DNA from: the human T2T-CHM13v2.0 reference genome, Homo sapiens
Strand: one strand, 5' to 3'
NCBI RefSeq assembly: GCF_009914755.1
Contig: NC_060937.1
Length of the DNA: 64,000 bases
The notes under the pieces are model-generated. The model did no database searches. It was given only the letters and a program-made list of their open reading frames with translations, and had not been told where the DNA came from. Positions 54,802 to 64,000 of this stretch are shown here, piece by piece. The position numbers were made by a program, and so were the translations under genes. Positions within the stretch are counted from its first letter, which is position 1. Each line of letters begins with the position of its first letter.

Positions 54802-57800
54802 AATTTGAGAACCTTCTAACTTCTTGATGTAGGTGGTTAACACTAAAAGCTTTCCTCTTATCACTGCTTTAGCAGCATCTCAAAGATTTATGTCTCTTTT
54901 TTCATTAATTTCAGATAATTTTTTGATTTCTGCCTTGATTTCATTGTTCACCCAGAAGTTATTCAGGAGTAAGTTTTAAAATTTACATGTAATTGCATGG
55001 TTTTGAGAGATCTTGCTGTTGATTTCTATTTTTAATGCACTGTGGTCCAAATGTGTGCTTGGTATGATTTTGATTATTTTGAATTAATGGAGACTTGCTC
55101 TGTGGCCAAGCATTTGGTCAATCTTAGACTATGTTCTGTGTGCAGATGAGAAGAATGTATATTCTGTGGTTGTTGGGCAGAGGATTCTGCATATGTTTAT
55201 TAGGTCCAATTGATTGGGTGTTGAGTTTCAGTCCAGAATTTTTGTGTTATGTTTCTGCATTGATGATTTGTCTAATGCTTTCAGTGGTATGTTGAAATCT
55301 CTCACTATTATTGTGTTTGTCTAAGTCTTTTCATAGGTAAAGAAGAACTTATTTTATAAATCTGGGTGCTCCAGTGTTGGGTATATACATATTTAGGATA
55401 GCTAAGTCTTCTTATTGAGTTGAATTCTTTATTATTATGTATGTCATTTCTTTCCTTGTGCTTCTTAATTGTTGTTGGTTTAAAGTCTGTTTTAGTTGAC
55501 AGAAGAATAGTGACCCCTGCTCTTTTTTGTTTTCTGTTTGCCTGAAAGATGTTTCTCCATCCCTTTACCTTGAGCCTCTGGGTATCATTACTTGTGAGAT
55601 GGGTCCCTTGGAGACAGCAAACAGTTGAGTCTTGCTTCTTTATCCAACTTGCCATCGTATTCCTTTTAAGTGTGTCATTTAACCAGTTTACATTCAGGGT
55701 CAATATTGATATGTTAGGGTTTGATTTTGTCATCATATTGCTAGGTGGTTGTTATGTAGACATGATTGCATAGTTTATAGTGTCACTGGAATATGTGTTT
55801 AAGTGTGCTTTGTGATGACAGGTATCATTTCTTCATTTCCATGTTTAGCACTCCCTTTAGGAGCTCTTGTAAGGCAGGTCTGGTGGTAATAAATCCCCTT
55901 AGCATTTGCATGTCTGAAAAGGACTTCATTTTTCCTTTGCTTATGAAGCTTAGTTTGGTAGGATATGAAATTCTTGGTTGGAATTTCTTTTCTTTAAGGA
56001 TATTGAAAATAGGCCCCACTCTCTTTTGGCTTGTGAGGTTTAAGCTGAAAGGTGTGCTGTTAGCTGAGTGGGATTCTTTTTGTAAGGCCCCTTTTCTCTA
56101 GCTGCCTGTATGATTTTTTTCTTTTGCATTGACCTTGGAGAATCTGATGACTATGTGTCTTGGGAATAGTCATCTTGCATAGTATGTCACAGAGGTTCTT
56201 TGAATTTCTTCAGTTTGCATGTTGACCTGTCTAGTGAGATTTGGAAAAGTTCTGTGGATTCTGTCTTCAAATATGTTTTCCAAGTTGCTTGTTCTCTCTT
56301 CTTCTCTTTCTGGAATGTCAGAGTTGTATGTTTGGTCTCTTTACATAACCCCATATTTCTTAGAGGTTTTGTTCATTTTCTAAATTATAATTTACCTCAG
56401 GTTGGGGGTGTTTTCACAGGGGAATGCCATGGGTGTGGGGTGCTGCAAGTGGGAGTGCTCCAGTGAGGAGGGCCCCACAGGCAGGGGGTATTATAGCCAG
56501 CATGATGGGGAGTGCTGCAAGCGAGGGGGCCACATGCAGGAAATGCTCCTTTGGTAACAGCTGGGGCACTGCAGGCAGGGAGCCATATGGGATGGGGGTG
56601 CACTCTGGTGGGAAGCCCTCTGGTATTGGTAGTTGGGTTGTCTTGGGTGGATAGCTCTGGTGAGGGGCACCACAGGAGGGGGGCATTCTAATAGGGTGGC
56701 AGGGATTCAGCAGGTGGGAAGTTTTCTGAAGGGGTGGCAGCGAGGTCACAGGCAAACAAATTCTGGCAGGAGGCTGTCAGCAAAAGTGCTCTGGTGGGGC
56801 AGTGGGGGCTGCACTGCTTGCAGGCATGGCCAGGCAGGGACTCTTAGAGGAGTGTTTTCTTTATCACTGATTTCAACAATTCAATTGTTTAATTATGATG
56901 TACCTAACATGGTTGGTGTGCGTTTTATCCTGTTTGGTTTTCAGTGAACTTTTTTGATCTATGAGTTTATTGTTTTCATCACATCTAGAAAATGTGATTT
57001 GGCCATTATTTCTTCATATGTATTTTTTCTCTTCCCTCTTTGTGTGTTTTTTTTTTTTGTATTATATCTTCAATTACACATACATTAGACTGCTGGTAAT
57101 TTTCCAACCAGTCACTGAAGATCTATTCATTTTTTTACCCTAGGCTTTTCCTTTGGCCTCTTTTTGGTAGATTCTATTACTATACCTTTAAATTCACTGA
57201 TCTTTTCTTCTGTCTTATTTTATTTACTCTTAAGCCCATCCAATGAGTTTTCATTGTTGGTGGTTTTTTTCTTTTATAGAAGTTCCATTTGGTTCTTCTT
57301 TTTTTTGTATTTTTCTTTACTAGTTGAATTTATGTTTTCTTTTAAATACTTACACATAGTTTTAATAGCTGTTTAACGCCCTATTTATTAGTTCATCATC
57401 TTTGTCATCTATGGCCCAGTTTCTCTTGACTAAATTTTCAGATGGTTATGGTCACATTTTTCTGTCTTGACATGCCTTGTAGTTTTTGCTTAGATGCTGG
57501 ACATTGTGATGTTGGTAGTTGTTGAGAGCCTGGATTTTGCTATTTTCCTTTAATGAGTATAAGAATTAGCTTTGGTCAACAGTTAATTTACTTTTGATCA
57601 GTTTGACCCCTTCAAGATGTGTATTCAAGCTTTGAAAGGAGTATCTAGCATAGCCTTTGTTCCAAATATTTTTTAGCTCTCTGGATTTCTACTCCCTGTC
57701 CTGAATGAATGTCCAAAGAGTTTTTAGTCTGCATGGTCTGATCTGGCTGGATTGTCTGTATACCCTTTATGAGTTCTGGGAATTGTTCAGCTTACAACTC

Positions 57801-59469
57801 TCAGTTGTTTTTTGCTCAGCCTTGTTCTCAGCAGTGACTCAAGGGAACTCCTTTGAGGGTTTCTGGAGCTTCTTTATTATGACAGGTTCTTCTTTCTGAA
57901 ACAGCCCCACAACTTCCAGTTGCATCAGCCTGCTTGAACTGTGAGACTGATATTCTAAACTCAGCTCCCTATGACCTCTGTTTGCATCATGGCTACAAGC
58001 AGAAAGCCATAGCTCACCTGTTTTTTTTTCTCTTTCTCTCAGGGATAATAGTCTTGCATTATCTGTTATCCTATGTCTTAAAACAGTTGTTTCTTACACA
58101 TTGTTAAGATTGTTAGTTGTTTTTAAAGAGAGAGTAAGTATTGCTCATGTGCCTTTATCAGGTCCTGTAATATGCTTTTAATTATGTAATGTTATTGAGC
58201 TATGGTATTATTTGCAATTCATGAACTTTTCAAGGAAATGATAGTATAAGTTGAAATGATTTATAGCTGTTTGAATAGTCTTTGTTTAATGTTTAAATTA
58301 AGGAAAGGGCCTCTTGATAATTTTATGCATTTGTTGTTGTGAAAAATTAGATTAATATCTTAAATATAGGTTTTAAAGAAACGTGGCACTCATATACACT
58401 TTAAATTATTCTTTGCTCAATAAACTGAATGTTGTGCTTGACTGTCGTTACTCTTAATTATCTTTATAAAATATACAGTGTTTACACAATTCAGGAACTC
58501 TGGAATATGCTTGAAAGTGCACATGGTGGTTGTTTTTTTTTTTTAACTTTGTCACCTATTTTACATATTTTAATCATAATGGTTTCTGTAGTGATAACAA
58601 TTAAAATGCACAAAAAGTTTAAAGTTGAGATGTATTAAGTAACAACTAGTAAGACAAATGTATGTATATATTAATACCTCAAAACCAAAATAAATCAGAG
58701 GAAGAGATAACTGAAGAGAGTCCTGGAGACTCCTTATGGGATTTTAGAAAGACTTTATCATGTGAGAAATTGCTTTTGCCAGAAGATTTTCTTTCCGTTT
58801 TCATAATACATTGTTATCTCTCTAGCTTTATGAGATTTCAGGAAAAAAGAAAACTAAAATTAGTTGGATTTGGAAGCTTATTTTTAGTTAATGAACAATT
58901 TGTTGAATACTTTTTCAAAATATGAATTGTTTTGCAAAACAAAACAGGAAAATTTAGTATAAGGAAGGTTAAGGAAATTTTAGTATAATTAAAAGAACCT
59001 CCATATTATACACTATAACAATCTGTTCTCTTTAAGTAATTAGAAATCACCCTTATGTTAACTAATAAATTTGGTGTCTAAAAAATTTATTTTTGAAGAT
59101 AATTTCCAGGTAATATTTGTCTGTCATAGCTTTATGCTTTAAAATGGAATTCTGTTACCAAAGTTTGATATTTTTGAATTTGCTTCTTAAGAAGACTGTT
59201 TTCTCCTTAGGGGAATGGCCTGATAAATATTTCTGAAAGCTTTATGTGAATATGTGTTTTGGTAAGGGGAGGTGAGGAGAGTCTTTGCCTAATTATTGAA
59301 GTTAAGAATAATATATTTTTTTGTGGTTTGAAATACTTCATGGAAGGCCTTTTTTTTTCCTATTTCTTATAAGAATCTACTCAAATAGGTAGATTCCTGT
59401 TACATTATAAATGCTGGAAATATATTTTTTATGTATAACTGCTCTTTTGTGACTGGATTTTTTCCGCAG

Positions 59470-59541
59470 AGCTTATCAAAACACAATAGAAGCAATATTG
59501 GAACTGAAGGTGGACCACCGCCTTTTGTGCCTTTTGGACAG
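59470..59541 (+). CDS. TDRD3: TDRD3 coding exon (inferred exon 6), 72 nt, phase 0 to 0: [24 protein letters not shown]
   Basis: Acceptor tttttccgcag|AGC and donor CAG|gtaatg; GPPPFVPFG motif. Confidence 0.95.
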
Positions 59542-61493
59542 GTAATGACTTTTGTGTTGGCAGATGAATTTAAATTAGGAAAAAGTGTTTTTCATTAGCA
59601 TTCAAGCTGTGTTTCATTATGTGCTGAACTATTAAGAGGTTATGGAGTTATTTGGAAATATGAAGTTCAAGGAATTTAATAATTTTGAGGTTTTTTTCCT
59701 TCACTGTAGTTATATTGTTGACGTTTGCGAGAGCTGTTAACCCAAAGATTGAAGCAATTAAGAGCCATATCTGAAGAGTAACTTATAACTAATTAAAATA
59801 GGATGGGAGAGGGTTTTTTTTTGAGGGAAATTCAAAAGTAAGAAGACAAAAATACATCATAATTTCTCACTTGTTCATTAAAAACATTAGAGGGGGAGAG
59901 AAAAATAAAGCCACACAGAGTGATCAAAGTGCTACTTTGAAGCAGCCCCCCTTCTGACCAGTATCTTGTGACTTCACTTGTCTTCAGCATCAAATTGATT
60001 CTCAACAATCTTCTCCAGCCTGCTCTTGCTTTATCCCTGACAATTCTAAGAATAATTCTTGTGGCAGCTTGCTCTTCTCCTGATGATGCCATCAAAATTT
60101 AGCGGTTGGTAATCTGTCTTGCATTTGCTCTTTAATTTTATTCAAGAGTGCTGGGCTAAGAGTAGCAATGAGTTGTGGACATAACAGGTAGGCAACAGAT
60201 CTGTGTTTCCATAATAAGGTTTATCGTGTGTGTGTGTGTCCAAATTTTGGTATTTAGTAAAATCATTTGACTGTCACCCTCTCTGAAAGCCTTTTGTAAG
60301 ATATACTCTCACTTAAATAAGTCATTTTTGCATCAAACCTATTTTGAAGCATTTAAAAAATAATGTTGATTTTTTTTTTTTACTGAGTTTGGAAGAAGAA
60401 ATAGCCAAGATAAAAGAAAGTGTGAAGTCCTATGGTGTGATCCATGTTGATGGTTGGTATTCTCCCAGTGTAATGAAAACCTCCACAGGGAAAACAGTGT
60501 AAACATTCTAATAACTTATATTTGAAAATAATAGTATATTTGTAAAAATTTACCCTTAAACATTTTGGTGATAATATTTCTCTTCCAGAGACTTATGATC
60601 TAATTATTCTTAAGACTTTGAAGTGTGTTTTATAGCTTCTTAGGGGTTAGAGAATATAATAAAAGCTATAATTTCAATAATATTATTTGGTTATAAAGTT
60701 CATTCTGAAAAAATTCTTGTATAGCATCTTGCAGCCTTGTACATGGGCTGAAGATAGGTAATGCTGACTGTGTATTTATTGGTGTCAATATGATATGTTT
60801 ATATTACTGAAATTTTTCTGTATTTGTGGAACACATTTCTTTGAGATCTTCCCATTTTCCTTTTTATTAATGAGTTGAGAAAAAGTTCATTTTATACTAT
60901 TTTTACTGGTAAGATTGGACTGGAGATCAGAATTGAGGGCTTCTTTTTAGGCAGTGATGCCTTTTTTTTTACTTTATGAGACAAAAATATAAAAACTTTG
61001 AAGCCTGATACGGGGGGTGGGTATGTTTTTAGAGTGTGGTTTATAAGTGCAGAGACATCTTTTTATATGTTAATATAATTGTACTAACCAATCCACATAT
61101 GTATATTGTGGTATAATATGGAAATTAAGCTCTTAATTACAAAACCAAATTTATGTCTTATTGTGCATTAGTCAAGATTGTTTGAAATCTAAAATTATTT
61201 ATTACCCTAAAATGAAGGCTCTCTTGATCCAGTGTATGTTTTAAATATGTGCCCTGTTTAGATAGCCACATATTTATATAGCTTTTAATTTTATTTACTA
61301 GTTACGTTTATTGAAAAGTTACTTTTCCAGTTTTCTACTTTTACTTTTAAATATATGGGATAGAATTTTATTTGTGTAGGCTTTTAGCTATTGTAAAAGA
61401 TACAAGATACTTTTGAAGAAGTATTACTTTCTAACGAAAACTTGAATCTCTTTTGGAACTACTAAGTTGACTTATTCTTACTTGTTTTACTAG

Positions 61494-61643
61494 AAGTGTG
61501 TATCTCATGTCCAAGTGGATAGCAGAGAACTTGATCGAAGAAAAACATTGCAAGTTACAATGCCTGTCAAACCTACAAATGATAATGATGAATTTGAAAA
61601 GCAAAGGACGGCTGCTATTGCTGAAGTTGCAAAGAGCAAGGAA
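61494..61643 (+). CDS. TDRD3: TDRD3 coding exon (inferred exon 7), 150 nt, phase 0 to 0: [50 protein letters not shown]
   Basis: Acceptor cttgttttactag|AAG and donor GAA|gtaaga; overlaps ORF-track entry 61515..61754. Confidence 0.95.
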
Positions 61644-62670
61644 GTAAGAAATCAAATCATTACACGTTTTATTTCTTATCATTATGTTCTATTTAGATTA
61701 TTTGTGATCGTTATTGTCTTTTCATATAAGCTAACTAATTCAACAAACGCTTAACCTTATTCTTCTTGCATATTCCATAACTGGGAATGCCCTGCCACTT
61801 CATGGGATCTTACATATTTTATTCATGTGTTCTTTTTCCAGATCTCCATGGTAGTTCCAGTAAGTTACTCTTGCTGGCAAATTACCCTCCTTTTCTCCTT
61901 CCTTTTTTTTATACAATGTAGTAACTGAACACACTTTTTATTCTGGCAGGGAGTTTCCTATTAGTAGTTGGGCTAGTTGCCACTTTTTTGGGGATAATTT
62001 CCCCTTATTAATAGCAACTTATGAGAAATAGCAGCTTCTGAGAGATGAATAAAAATCAGCGGATCTGTCACTGTGTCAGGATTAACATTTTTGTCTTTAT
62101 ACTTTATTTTATTTAGTGTATAGTAAAAAATAATTTTATCTTTACATTATATGTCTATTTACACACACACAAATCCTCCTTTTTAACTGACAAATAATTA
62201 CACATATATATGAGGTACATGTGATATTTTGATACGTGTATACAATATGTAATGATGAAATCAGGGTAATTATATCTGTCACCTCAAACATTTACCATCT
62301 TTGTGTTGAGAACATTCAAAACTCTCATCTAGCTATTTTGAAATATACAATAAATTATTGTTAATTATAATCACCCTAGTGTTTTATTGAACACTAGAAC
62401 TTATTCCTCCTAACTGTAATTTAATTCCCATTAATCAACCTCTCCCACTGTCCCTTAACGTTCACCCTTCCCAGCCTCTAGTAATTACTATGCTGCTCTT
62501 CTATGAGACAACTTTTTTATCTCTCACATATGAGAGAGAATATGCAGTATTTGTCTTTCTGTGGTTGGATTATGTCACTTAATGTAATGTCCTTCAGGCT
62601 TATCCATGTTGCTGAGAATGGCAGGATTTCTTTCTTTTATATAACTGAATAATAATCCATTATGTGTAGA

Positions 62671-63339
<669 letters not shown>

Positions 63340-63718
63340 TATACCACGTTTTCTTTATCCCTTCATCTGATGGTGGGCACTTAGGTTGATTTCATAACTT
63401 GGCTATTGTGACTAGTGCTGCAGTAAATATGGGAGATATCTCTTTGACCCACTGCTTTCCTTTCCTTTGGATAAATACCCAGTAGTGGGATTGCTCAATC
63501 ATATGCTAGTTCTATTTTTAGTTTTTTTGAGCAACCTCCATATTGTTTTCTGTAATGGCTGCACTAATTTACATTCCCACCAACAGTACATAAGAGTTCT
63601 TCTTTCTTCACATCCTCACCAGTATTTGTTATTTTTTTGTCTTTTTGATTATAGCAGTTTTAACTGGGTTGAAATGAGATAATATCTCATTTTGTTTTGA
63701 TTTGCATTTCCCTGATGA

Positions 63719-64000
63719 TGTTACTGAGACACCCAGTCTAGATCCTGCTGCTCACTGCACAGTAAGCCAATCACTGAGACAATGAGTGTTGCCAGGAAAG
63801 AAGGCTTTATTTGGGTGCTACAGCTGAAGAGATGGGTCGTCAGTCTCAAATCCATCTCCCTGATGGGCTAAAATTAGGGGTTTATATAGCAGAGAAGAAA
63901 TCTATGTGCAGGAAAATAGGAACTAAGGAGGGGTAAGGAAGCAATTCTGATGAATGAGGGGTGTGGCATCTCATTGTCTGGATGTGGTGATCTGGTTAAT
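63719..64000 (-). mobile_element. ERV1 MER4-group LTR (MER66-like), cut by the window end
   Basis: tgttactgagacacc...aagccaatcactgagac...cagtctcaaatccatctccctga. Confidence 0.7.

Larger units (their letters stand above)
50770..56845 (-). mobile_element. Near full-length decayed old primate L1 (old L1PA/L1PB type) containing three Alus
   Basis: Minus-strand peptides from ORF1 (KKFQPRISYPTKLSF), the endonuclease (ISILTLNVN...CCLQGTHL), RT (TRQGCPLS...LFADD) and the ORF2 C-terminus; GC-rich 5'UTR-like block at about 56395-56845. Confidence 0.9.

Noticed and set aside
51126-56019. Endonuclease/RT/ORF1 peptides as an active retroelement or novel RT system
   Set aside because: Fragmented by stops, frameshifts, deletions and three Alus; an ordinary dead L1.
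56395-56845. GC/G-rich block with many ORFs as a possible exon or CpG-island promoter
   Set aside because: CpG-poor and located where the antisense L1 5'UTR is expected.
61644-61754. Exon 7 ORF continuing into a hydrophobic intronic tail
   Set aside because: A good donor (GAA|gtaaga) sits at 61643; the tail is T-rich intron with no evidence of retention.

Overview
AT-rich primate (human-like) genomic DNA lying entirely inside one + strand gene, TDRD3 (Tudor domain-containing 3, the partner of TOP3B). Six internal coding exons can be spliced by hand using canonical AG/GT sites and consistent phases: 15384-15468, 20379-20444, 36076-36236, 42934-43075, 59470-59541 and 61494-61643. They encode the N-terminal DUF1767/OB-fold region ([10 protein letters not shown]...AEVAKSKE). 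The first exon and the UBA/Tudor exons lie outside the window, so exon numbers (2-7) are inferred from my recollection of the protein. The rest is intron rich in Alu, L1, MaLR/ERV LTRs and DNA-transposon MITEs; almost all track ORFs are repeat artefacts. Most notable: (1) exons 2-4 total 312 nt with matching end phases and inverted Alus on both sides, so a back-spliced circle would carry a stop-free ORF; (2) a sense solo LTR13 with a tandemly duplicated CTCF-like motif; (3) an 813-bp probable mRNA 3'UTR retrocopy between 28-bp direct repeats; (4) a 24-bp-stem hairpin downstream of exon 4. I found no wholly new multi-gene system. Repeat subfamily calls come from remembered consensus sequences and need RepeatMasker/Dfam confirmation.
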